A stretch of DNA of 64,000 nucleotides from an uncultured Candidatus Rokubacteria bacterium (lineage in GTDB: Bacteria > Methylomirabilota > Methylomirabilia > Rokubacteriales > DASRDR01), in contig CAVPSB010000016.1 of NCBI GenBank assembly GCA_963708025.1, forward strand, positions 1-64,000, given 5' to 3'. Positions within the stretch are counted from its first letter, which is position 1. Every line of letters begins with the position of its first letter. The notes beneath the pieces were generated by a model. It saw only the letters and a program-made list of their open reading frames with translations, ran no database searches and had not been told where the DNA came from. A program made the translations under genes and the position numbers. Below are positions 21,486 through 30,429 of this stretch, piece after piece.

Positions 21486-21574
21486 TGCGCCTCGGGGATC
21501 CGCTGAGCCGGCGTGCCGCGCGTCCGATCTCCAGGGAATGTGCGCGTGGCGTCCGACCCGGCCGAGAGCGCACG
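21486..21574 (+). repeat. ~90 bp leader segment shared with 24321-24405
   Basis: GATCCGC(T/C)GAGCCGGCGTGCCGCGCGTCCGA(T/C)CTCCAGGGAA present upstream of both the ligase-T gene and PKS2. Confidence 0.85.
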
Positions 21575-21669
21575 TCCGCCCGGAAGCCGGTGACGCCCGG
21601 GCCGCGCACCCCCCGGGGGGCCCAGATGGTCCTGTGACCAGTGCGTACGCATGAGCAGATGTCACCGGA

Positions 21670-23583
21670 ATGGAGCTGAGCTCAGCAACTCAATCAATTG
21701 ACTCGATCGGTCAGCTTTTGTGCTGGCAGGGCCGATCTTCGCCCCAGGCACCAGCGGTTGAGGCTCCCGACCGCAGACCGCTCCCCTACTCCGGCCTGAT
21801 GAGCCAACTCGATCATGTGGCAGGAGTACTTTTGCAGGCGGGTCTGGACCGAGACGATCGCATTGCTGTGGTGCTGCCCGACGGACCGGAAATGGCGACT
21901 GCCTTCCTGACCATTGCCGCTTGTGCCACCTTCGCTCCCCTGAATCCGGCATTTGGTGCGGAGGACTTTGAATTCTATCTAACCGACTTGCACGCCAAGG
22001 CTTTGGTGCTGCAAGCGGGTCAGGAGACGCCGGCGCGCGAGGTGGCCCGGAGACGTGGAATTCAGGTCCTCGAGTTGGTGCCCAGGCTCGAGGCGGAAGC
22101 CGGCGTGTTTGATCTCCAGGGGATGGGCAATGCGGCGAAGGTCAAACCCGGTCACCTTCTCCCTGCTCAGCCCGAGGACATCGCGTTGTTCCTACATACT
22201 TCGGGAACGACCTCGCGACCCAAGGGGGTGCCTCTCACCCAGCACAATCTTTGCAGTTCCGCCCGGCATATCGCAGCCACGCTCGCCTTGACTTCCGATG
22301 ATCGGAGTCTGTCGATCATGCCCTTGTTCCATATCCACGGACTCGTTGGCGTGATCCTCTCCTCGATCACAGCAGGGGCGAGCGTCATGTGTCCGTCGGG
22401 ATTCGACGCGTCGCGGTTCTTCGGGTGGCTGGAGGTGCTGCGACCAACGTGGTACAGCGCTGTACCGACCATGCATCAGGCGATCCTGGCGCATGCCGGG
22501 ATCAACCACGGTATGCTCAAGCGTTCTCCTCTGCGGTTTATTCGCTCCTCGTCATCGGCGCTGCCACCACAGGTCATGCGCGATCTGGAAAGCGCATTCG
22601 GGGCGCCGGTCATTGAGTCCTACGGCATGACTGAGGCCTCCCACCAGATGGCCAGCAATCCCCTGCCACCGGGCGTGCGCAAGCCCGGCTCCGTCGGTCT
22701 GGCCGCAGGTCCCACCAAGGTTGCCATCATGGACGAGCACGGTCAACTGCGGGAAACCGGGGAAACCGGAGAAATCGTCATTCAGGGGCCAAACGTCACC
22801 CTGCAATACGAGAACAACCCCGAGGCAAACCGGGCGACCTTCGTCAACGGATGGTTCCGGACCGGGGACCAGGGCCATCTCGACGCCGAGGGCTACCTGT
22901 TCATCACCGGCAGGCTCAAGGAAATCATCAACCGCGGGGGCGAAAAGATCGCACCGCGAGAGATTGACGAAGCCTTGATGAATCACCCGGGAGTGCGACA
23001 GGCCGTGGCCTTTGCCGTGCCGCACCCCACGCTAGGAGAAGACGTCGCGGCCGCAATCGTACCGAAGGAAGGCCACACGCCGGCCGAGTCGGAACTCCGG
23101 CAGGCGATGGCGAGGCATTTGCCGCAGTTCAAAGTGCCGAGCCGGATCGTGATCCTTAATGAAATACCGATGGGTCCGACCGGGAAGATCCAGCGGATTG
23201 GGTTGGCGGACCGGCTCGCACGAGAGTTGGCCTCGGCGTACGAACCTCCTGAAGAAGGATTGGAGACACTGGCAGCAGCCACGATCGAACAGTTGCTTCA
23301 ACGATCGTCCATCGGACGTCATGACAATTTCTTCGCCCTGGGAGGCGACTCCATACGGGCGACTCAAGTGCTGGTTCGCCTGGGCGATACCCTGGGCTGT
23401 GAGATCCCAAGCGTCCTTTTGTTCGATCATCCCACGGTGGCGCTCCTGGCAGCGAAATTGGCCCGGCTCCAGGAAGAGGAGATCGAATCTCTCGCAGCCG
23501 AACTGGCCAAGCTGCCTCCCGAGGAAGCGGCTCGACTGTTGGGCGAAGTCAGCGAGAACAACCCACGAGCGCGGATCCGGTAA
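21670..23583 (+). CDS. Oxalyl-CoA synthetase-like (AAE3/Pcs60-type) acyl-AMP ligase fused to a carrier (T) domain
   Basis: LHTSGTTSRPKGVPL, PLFHIHG, YSAVPTMHQ, RFIRSSSS, YGMTEASHQMASNPLP, GPTGKIQR; C-terminal FFALGGDSI. Confidence 0.85.
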   Translation: MELSSATQSIDSIGQLLCWQGRSSPQAPAVEAPDRRPLPYSGLMSQLDHVAGVLLQAGLDRDDRIAVVLPDGPEMATAFLTIAACATFAPLNPAFGAEDFEFYLTDLHAKALVLQAGQETPAREVARRRGIQVLELVPRLEAEAGVFDLQGMGNAAKVKPGHLLPAQPEDIALFLHTSGTTSRPKGVPLTQHNLCSSARHIAATLALTSDDRSLSIMPLFHIHGLVGVILSSITAGASVMCPSGFDASRFFGWLEVLRPTWYSAVPTMHQAILAHAGINHGMLKRSPLRFIRSSSSALPPQVMRDLESAFGAPVIESYGMTEASHQMASNPLPPGVRKPGSVGLAAGPTKVAIMDEHGQLRETGETGEIVIQGPNVTLQYENNPEANRATFVNGWFRTGDQGHLDAEGYLFITGRLKEIINRGGEKIAPREIDEALMNHPGVRQAVAFAVPHPTLGEDVAAAIVPKEGHTPAESELRQAMARHLPQFKVPSRIVILNEIPMGPTGKIQRIGLADRLARELASAYEPPEEGLETLAAATIEQLLQRSSIGRHDNFFALGGDSIRATQVLVRLGDTLGCEIPSVLLFDHPTVALLAAKLARLQEEEIESLAAELAKLPPEEAARLLGEVSENNPRARIR

Positions 23584-23663
23584 CGAAGCCTGACCGCACA
23601 CCCCCTCTGCTCCCACGGTTGCGCGCCCTCTCGGCGGAACATCGTGGCCAATTGGGACGGCGC

Positions 23664-23885
23664 ATGCGCGCACCGCAGGAGACCGGCTACGCGCTCCTGG
23701 CGGAGGCGCTTGGGCGCTGCGGCCAAAAGCGCGTCCTCGGCGTAACCGGTGTGCCGGTGGACGAGGTGTTCTCCCAATGCGCCCGACGCGGCCTCCGGCC
23801 AATCGGCATGCCGCACCAAAGCACAGCCACTCTGGCGGCGGCTGCTGGAAACGGTATTCCGGGGCACCTCGGCGGGCGCCCTGGA
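23664..23885 (+). pseudogene. N-terminal fragment of a ThDP-dependent enzyme (oxalyl-CoA decarboxylase/2-hydroxyacyl-CoA lyase-like)
   Basis: 'TGYALLAEAL...VLGVTGVPV...GLRPIGMPHQSTATLAAAA' fits the TPP N-domain pattern; cut off by cassette copy 2. Confidence 0.6.
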
Positions 23886-24281
23886 GACCAGCCGGAGGCA
23901 ACGAGCACCTCCTCGTCGCGGAGCGGCGGTTCGAACGGGGCAGGCCCCGTCTCGCTCCCGGTGTGAACTCTGCTTGCTCAAGACTGGCAGGCGGATTCAC
24001 AGGCGGGGGGCACGGCTGACCGGACTGTCGAGGTCCGCCTCCGGCCGGCCGGCGTGGCGTTCGTCGACGGCGCGAAGCAGCGAGGCTCCGGCGGGGCCCC
24101 CTCGGGTTTTCGTGGCGGGGGTCCGCCGCCTTGCTGGCATGTGGCTTGCTGGATAGATCGCGGTCTCGCTTGTCGATTTCCGGCCGCACGGCCGAGGACG
24201 AGCGCCCCGGTCGAATGCAAACCTCGGTGACGGCGATGGCTGAGCGCTCGACACTCGCACGGTTCGCAGCGGGGCGGGACC
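23886..24281 (+). repeat. ~400 bp non-coding regulatory cassette, copy 2 (upstream of PKS2)
   Basis: Direct repeat of 15698-16118. Confidence 0.92.
24135..24150 (+). promoter_or_regulatory. Sigma54 (-24/-12) promoter
   Basis: TGGCATGTGGCTTGCT. Confidence 0.75.
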
Positions 24282-24531
24282 TAGTTGAGCCTGGCCGCGT
24301 CCGACCGGCGTCCGCTCGGCTGCGCCTCGCCGATCCGCCGAGCCGGCGTGCCGCGCGTCCGACCTCCAGGGAACGCGCGCGTGGCATCCGCCCGGCCGCG
24401 CACGCGACGCGACGAAGGTGCACCGCGCGCTGGTCGAGCACCAGGGACCGTGACGGCACCCACGCTGTCGGGCAGGCACACGGCAGAGCGGCGCGGGCCG
24501 GCCGAGGCACCGAATCCGGACGGAGGCAGCT

Positions 24532-27500
24532 ATGACGACGAACGGGAGCAAGCGGCCAGGCACGATCGCCGTCGTCGGGATGGCCCTCCGGGTACCCGGT
24601 GCGACGACCCCGGAGCAGTTCTGGCGAAACATCGTCGGCAAGGTCGATTCGCTGACCCGCACGTCGGTGGACGCGCTCCGGGAGGCCGGGGTGTCGGAGG
24701 AACTCCTCGCCGACCCTCGGTTCGTTCCGGTCAAGCCGCTCCTGTCGGACGTCGAGTACTTCGATGCGGCCTTCTTCGACATGACGCCGTTCGAGGCCGA
24801 GCGGACGGATCCGGCGCATCGCCTCTTCCTCGAGTGCGCCGTCGAGGCCCTGGAGCGGGCCGGCATCGCGCCGGGGCCCGGGGCGCCCGTCACCGGCGTG
24901 TTCGGGGGGGCGGGAGGACAGGCCTACTTCGACCGCAACCTCTCTCTCCGAGGCGACGACCTCGACGATCCGGTCGTGGGGCTCCCGCTGCGGCTCGGGA
25001 ACTCGCTCGACTTCCTCCCCGCGCGGGTCTCTTTCAAGCTCGGCCTGGTGGGACCGAGCTTTGCGGTACAGGCGGCCTGCGCCACCTCGCTCATCGCCGT
25101 CCACCTCGCCGTGCAGAGCCTGCGCCGCGGCGAGTGTCAGGTGGCGCTGGCGGGCGGCACTTCCGTGGAAGTGCCGCACGTCGCCGGTTACCTCGCGGGC
25201 GTCAACGGTATGCTGTCGGACAGTGGATGGCTCCGGCCATTCGACGCCGGCGCCGACGGGACGGTCTTCGGCTCCGGCGTCGGCGTCGTCGTGCTTCGAC
25301 CGCTGGAGGACGCGCTCGCGCAGGGGAACCCGATTCACGCGGTCATCCTCGGCTCGGCGACCACCAACGACGGCGCGCCCGCGGACAAGGCGAGCTTCAT
25401 CGCGCCGAGCGCGACGGGGCAGACGGTGGCAGTAGCGCGCGCGCTCGCCGAAGCCGGCGTGGACCCGGAGACCATCGGCTACGTCGAGGCCCACGGCACG
25501 GGCACTCGGCTGGGCGATCCCATCGAGGTGCAGGCGCTCACCGAGGTGTATCGCCGCCACACGGCGCGGACGGGATTCTGCACCCTGGGCTCCGTCAAAG
25601 CCAACGTCGGTCACCTGCGGGCGGCGGCCGGCGTGGTGGGCCTGATCAAGGCGTGCTTGGCGCTGGCGCATGGCACGCTCCCGCCCGCGCTCCACTTCGA
25701 GCGGCCGAATCCCGGCATCGACTTCTCCGCAACCCCCTTCATCGTGGGCACCGAGGCGCGCCCGTGGAACTCGACGAGCCATCCACGGCGCGCCGCCGTG
25801 TCGGCCTTCGGCTTCGGGGGCTCGAACGCCCACATGGTGCTGGAGGCGCCTCCGGCGCGTCCCGAATCGACGCGCGCCGGACGGCGGCACCTCCTCGTCG
25901 TCTCGGCCCGCACGGACCGGGCGGTCCGGCGGCGGCTCCGGGACCTGCAGGCGTATCTCGACGACCACCCGGCGGTCTCCCGGGCGGACGTCGCGCATAC
26001 GCTCCGAGCGGGTCGCCAGGCCTTTGCCCACCGGGCGGCTCTCGTCGTCAACGAAGAGGCGCCGGCGGCACCGTTCGGGGAAGATTGCGTCGTCTCCGGC
26101 GTCGCGGTTTCGAGTGACCGCCCCGTCGTGTTCCTGTTTCCCGGCCAGGGTGCCCAGCGACCGGGGACGGGACACGGGCTCTACGCCGCCGAGGCGGTCT
26201 ACCGCGAGACCGTCGACCATTGCGCCGCGATTCTCGAGCCGGAGCTCGGCCTCGACATCCGGACGCTCCTTCACCCCGTGTCGGCGGAGGCGGAGGCGGC
26301 AGCGCACGACGCCCTACGGCAAACTCGCCAGGCGCAGCCGGCGCTGTTCACGGTGGCGTACGCCCTGGCCCGCCTGGTCATGAGCTGGGGCGTCACACCG
26401 CGCGCGATGCTGGGCCACTCGATCGGTGAGTATGTGGCGGCCTGCCTGTCCGGTACGTTCTCTCTGCCCGACGCACTGCGGCTCGTCGCCCTCCGCGGCC
26501 GGCTCATGCAGGAGTGCGAGCCCGGGGCGATGCTCGCGGTCTTCCTACCCGCGGAGGAGCTGCGACCGCGCCTCGGGGAGCTGGAAGTCGCTGCGGTCAA
26601 CGCGCCATCGGTGGTCGTCGTCTCTGGCCCGGAGGCGGCCATCGCCAGATTCGCCGAGGAGCTGACGGCCGAGGGCACCGGGCACCGCCGGCTGCTGACC
26701 TCGCACGCCTTCCACTCGCGGATGATGGAGCCGGTGCTGCCGGAGTTCCGCCTCGCGGTTGCCCGCACGAGACGTCGGCCTCCCCGGATCCCGTTCGTGT
26801 CGAACGTGACCGGCGCCTGGATCACGGCCGGCGAGGCGGTGGATCCTGATTACTGGGCCCGGCAGCTGCGGCAGGTCGTGCGATTCTCGGACGGAATCAC
26901 CACGCTCGCTGGCCTGGGCGAGCCGCTCTTCCTGGAACTGGGACCCGGCCGAGGTCTCACCGGCCTCCTCGGCCAGCACGGGAAGGCCGCGAGCGCGATC
27001 GCAGCGCTGGACGGGCGCCGCGCGGACGCGGCCGACGACGAGGCGCTCGCGCTCCTCGAGACCCTGGGCTGGCTCTGGTGTCAGGGCGTCCGGGTGGACT
27101 GGCCAGCGTTCGACGCCGGACGGCCGGCCCGTAAGCTCGTGCTTCCCACGTACCCGTTCCAGCGTCAGCGCTACTGGCTCGATCCGGCGCGCCAGGTCCG
27201 GGCTGTCGGCCCAGCGAACTCGTCGGGGGAGCCCGCCCGGGCGCCCGACGCCGGGCTCGGGCTCTACCGGGTCGGCTGGCGGGAGCAGGCACTCACCGCC
27301 CCGGCGTCGTCAGTGAACGAGGGGACGTGGCTCGTGTTCGAGGACGCCCGCGGGCTCGGGGAGGCCGTGGCCCGGCGCCTCGCGACGATGGGTGCGCGGG
27401 TCGTGCGGCTCCGAGCCGGAGACGCCTACGAGGCCGACGGACCCGACGCGATGCGGGTGCGGCCGGGATCGAAGGTCGACCTCGAGGCAGTGCTGGCCAC

Positions 27501-30249
27501 GCCGTCCGTGGGGCGCGCGGGCGGTCCGCTCCGCGTCCTCCACCTGTGGGCGGTGACCGGGACGGAGGGCCCGCACAACAGCGTCGAGGCGTTCGAGCAC
27601 GCGACTCTGAACGGGTTCCACACGCTGCTGGCTCTCGTCCAGGCGGCGGACGAGTGCGGGCTTGCGGACGCGCTGCGCGTGGTGGCGGTCGCCGACGCGC
27701 TGTGCACCCTCGACGGCGAGGCGGGCCCGCTCCACGCCGAGAAGGCCGCACTCCTGGGCCCCTGTCGCGTCATCCCCCAGGAGGTGCCGGGGCTCTCGAT
27801 GCGGTGTCTCGACGTTCCGGTCCTCGGGCCAGGGCCGGCGCCGGTCTGGCTGATCGACGCGATCGTCGACGAGGCATGCCGGGACGACCCGGCGCCGGTC
27901 GCCGCCCTGCGGTCGGAGGGACGCTACGTGGAGGAGCTGGCGCCCCTGCCGAGGCTCCCGGTGGGCCGCCTCCGGCTCCGCGACGGCGGAACCGTGCTGA
28001 TCACGGGCGGTCTGGGCGGCCTCGGCCTCGAGGTGGCCCGCGACCTGTTCGAAGCGGCCCGGGCCCGAATCGTCCTTCTCTCCCGGTGGACGCCACCGCA
28101 GCGGGAAGCGTGGCCGGCCCGCGCCCAGGAGGACGACAAGATCGGTCAGGCGCTCCGCAGGGTGCTCGCGCTCGAGGCACGGGGCGCCGAAATACTGATC
28201 GTGACCGCGGACGCCGGTGACCCCGATGCCGTGGCGGGCGCGATCGACCAGGCCCGCCGGCGGTTCGGTCCGCTTCACGGGGTGGTGCACGCCGCCGGAG
28301 TGGTCATCGACGAGCCGGCGCTGGACAAGACGCGGGAGGTCGCGGACCGGGTATTCGCAGCCAAGGTGCGCGGCGCTTTCATCCTCGAGCGCCTCCTGGC
28401 GGAGACGCCGCTCGATGTCTTCGTCCACTTCTCGTCGATCGCGGCCCAGGTCCCCGGCGCGGGCCGCGTGGATTACGCCGCGGCCAACGCGGTACTCGAC
28501 GCCCTGGCCCGGCGCCCGGGGCCGGCCTGCCACGGGCTCAGGTGCGCGATCGGCTGGGACGCCTGGCGCGAGGTCGGCATGGCGGCACGCTACGCGGCAC
28601 GCACCGCCACGCTCGGCGTCACCGAAGTCCAGGGGTACACAAAGCGAGAGCTCGGCGAGCGCGGCCTGGGCACCGCCAGCGACGCGGCGCGGGCACCCTT
28701 CCGGCTTCGCCTGGCGCGTCCGGGCGACCTCGCCTCGCTCGCGCCAGAGCCCGCCAGCCCCGGTGCCCCGCGGTCCGGCGAGGTGCAGATCGAGGTGGTC
28801 GCGGCGGGCCTGAACTTCCGCGACGTCCTGTCGGCGATGGGTCAGCTGCCGGGCGCCGAAGACGGAGTGGGTGAGCTGGGCAGCGAGTGCAGTGGCCTGG
28901 TGAGCGCCGTCGGGGAGGGCGTCGAGGGCCTCCAGGTCGGCGATGCAGTCGTCGCGGTTGCCAGCGCGTGCTTCGCGACGCACGTCACCACCACCGCGGA
29001 TCTCGTGGCCCCGCTGCCGGCAGGGCTTGCCTTCACGGAGGCGGCGGGCGTGCCGATCGCCTTTCTCACGGCAGACTATGGGCTGAACCACCTCGCCCGC
29101 CTCGAGCGCGGAGAGCGCGTCCTCATCCACTCGGCCTCCGGCGGCGTCGGGCTCGCCGCCGTGCAGCTCGCCCGCGCCGTCGGGGCCGAGATCTTCGCCA
29201 CCGCCGGCAGCCCGGACAAGCGCGAGTACCTCCGCCGGCTCGGGATCGAGCACGTGATGGACTCGCGCTCGCTCGACTTCGCCGCCGAGGTCCGGGAGCG
29301 CACGGACGGTGAGGGTGTGGACGTCGTGCTCAATGCCCTGGCCGGCGACTACATCGGACGGAGTCTCGAGCTGCTTCGCCCGTTCGGGCGGTTCGTCGAG
29401 ATCGGCAAGCGCGACATCTACGCCGACACGCCCCTGGGCCTGTCGCCATTTCGCAGGAACCTGGCGTACTTCGCGGTGGACCTCGGGGTGATGCGAGCTC
29501 GGCGGCGCCCGCTCCTGGCAAAGCTGCTCCGCGGGCTCTTGGATCGGTTCGCGCGGCACGAGCTGGAGCCCGTGCCGACCACCGCGGTGCCCATCGAGGA
29601 AGCGCCGCGCGGCTTCGAGTACCTTGCCCGGGCCCGGCACATCGGCAAGGTCGTGCTGACGTTCGGCGGCGCTGGTCCCGCTCCGGCGCAACGCCGCGAC
29701 AAGACGCTGGACGAGCGCTTCCGCGAGGTCTACGGCGAGGGCATTTCGGTCGCCCGCGGACTGGAAACGCTCCGACGCCTGCTGTCGTCGGACGAGACGC
29801 CCCCGCACGTCCTGGTCACCTCGCGGCGGATCGCCGCAAGCACCATCGCGCCGCGGCCGTCCGAGATCCAATCCAATCGCGCCCGCCGGGGTCTCGACAC
29901 CGCCTACTTGGCGCCGACGGTCCCCGACGAGGAGGTGCTCGTCCGCCTGTGGCAAGACATGCTCGGCGTCGAGCCGGTCGGTATCGACGACGACTTCTTG
30001 GCGCTGGGCGGGAACTCGATCACGGCCATTCAGATCCTCTACGGCGTGCGGCGGGAGTTCGGAGTCAGGCTGCCCGCCAATGCGGTCTTCGACAACCCAA
30101 CCGTCGCCCGCCTCGCGGCGATCATCGGCGGGGAGCTCCGCCGCCGAAGGGCGGGCGGCAGCGACGTCGACTTCCTGGCGAAGGAGATGGCGGCGCTCGA
30201 TGAGGGCACGACGGCGCGCCTCCTCAAGGAGGTGCGTGGGCAGGGCTGA
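24532..30249 (+). CDS. Type I PKS module PKS2: KS-AT(malonyl)-KR with inserted ER-ACP, no DH
   Basis: GGAGG RBS; KS VQAACATS/HGTGT/NVGH; AT GHSIG and HAFH; KR GGLGGLG and DYAAAN; ER LIHSASGGVG; ACP LGGNS. Confidence 0.93.
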   Translation: MTTNGSKRPGTIAVVGMALRVPGATTPEQFWRNIVGKVDSLTRTSVDALREAGVSEELLADPRFVPVKPLLSDVEYFDAAFFDMTPFEAERTDPAHRLFLECAVEALERAGIAPGPGAPVTGVFGGAGGQAYFDRNLSLRGDDLDDPVVGLPLRLGNSLDFLPARVSFKLGLVGPSFAVQAACATSLIAVHLAVQSLRRGECQVALAGGTSVEVPHVAGYLAGVNGMLSDSGWLRPFDAGADGTVFGSGVGVVVLRPLEDALAQGNPIHAVILGSATTNDGAPADKASFIAPSATGQTVAVARALAEAGVDPETIGYVEAHGTGTRLGDPIEVQALTEVYRRHTARTGFCTLGSVKANVGHLRAAAGVVGLIKACLALAHGTLPPALHFERPNPGIDFSATPFIVGTEARPWNSTSHPRRAAVSAFGFGGSNAHMVLEAPPARPESTRAGRRHLLVVSARTDRAVRRRLRDLQAYLDDHPAVSRADVAHTLRAGRQAFAHRAALVVNEEAPAAPFGEDCVVSGVAVSSDRPVVFLFPGQGAQRPGTGHGLYAAEAVYRETVDHCAAILEPELGLDIRTLLHPVSAEAEAAAHDALRQTRQAQPALFTVAYALARLVMSWGVTPRAMLGHSIGEYVAACLSGTFSLPDALRLVALRGRLMQECEPGAMLAVFLPAEELRPRLGELEVAAVNAPSVVVVSGPEAAIARFAEELTAEGTGHRRLLTSHAFHSRMMEPVLPEFRLAVARTRRRPPRIPFVSNVTGAWITAGEAVDPDYWARQLRQVVRFSDGITTLAGLGEPLFLELGPGRGLTGLLGQHGKAASAIAALDGRRADAADDEALALLETLGWLWCQGVRVDWPAFDAGRPARKLVLPTYPFQRQRYWLDPARQVRAVGPANSSGEPARAPDAGLGLYRVGWREQALTAPASSVNEGTWLVFEDARGLGEAVARRLATMGARVVRLRAGDAYEADGPDAMRVRPGSKVDLEAVLATPSVGRAGGPLRVLHLWAVTGTEGPHNSVEAFEHATLNGFHTLLALVQAADECGLADALRVVAVADALCTLDGEAGPLHAEKAALLGPCRVIPQEVPGLSMRCLDVPVLGPGPAPVWLIDAIVDEACRDDPAPVAALRSEGRYVEELAPLPRLPVGRLRLRDGGTVLITGGLGGLGLEVARDLFEAARARIVLLSRWTPPQREAWPARAQEDDKIGQALRRVLALEARGAEILIVTADAGDPDAVAGAIDQARRRFGPLHGVVHAAGVVIDEPALDKTREVADRVFAAKVRGAFILERLLAETPLDVFVHFSSIAAQVPGAGRVDYAAANAVLDALARRPGPACHGLRCAIGWDAWREVGMAARYAARTATLGVTEVQGYTKRELGERGLGTASDAARAPFRLRLARPGDLASLAPEPASPGAPRSGEVQIEVVAAGLNFRDVLSAMGQLPGAEDGVGELGSECSGLVSAVGEGVEGLQVGDAVVAVASACFATHVTTTADLVAPLPAGLAFTEAAGVPIAFLTADYGLNHLARLERGERVLIHSASGGVGLAAVQLARAVGAEIFATAGSPDKREYLRRLGIEHVMDSRSLDFAAEVRERTDGEGVDVVLNALAGDYIGRSLELLRPFGRFVEIGKRDIYADTPLGLSPFRRNLAYFAVDLGVMRARRRPLLAKLLRGLLDRFARHELEPVPTTAVPIEEAPRGFEYLARARHIGKVVLTFGGAGPAPAQRRDKTLDERFREVYGEGISVARGLETLRRLLSSDETPPHVLVTSRRIAASTIAPRPSEIQSNRARRGLDTAYLAPTVPDEEVLVRLWQDMLGVEPVGIDDDFLALGGNSITAIQILYGVRREFGVRLPANAVFDNPTVARLAAIIGGELRRRRAGGSDVDFLAKEMAALDEGTTARLLKEVRGQG

Positions 30250-30429
30250 CGCGGGATCCCTGTCTCGCGTCGAGGACTCTAGCGCCCCGAGCGCCCTCCG
30301 CCTGGCGGTGGTTCTCCGAAGCTGGATCGATTCAGGCCGAGATCGTGGGCCGACGCTACCTCGGCTTCCTCACGCGCCGCAGCCAGCGGGTCGCCATCAC
30401 CCGCGGCCGTGACCCCGCGACAGGCGAGA

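Noticed and set aside
23032-26307. Long antisense or alternate-frame ORFs (also 27310-29955, 34976-37201, 37433-39709, 57754-59718)
   Set aside because: Shadow ORFs of high-GC coding strands with no recognisable motifs
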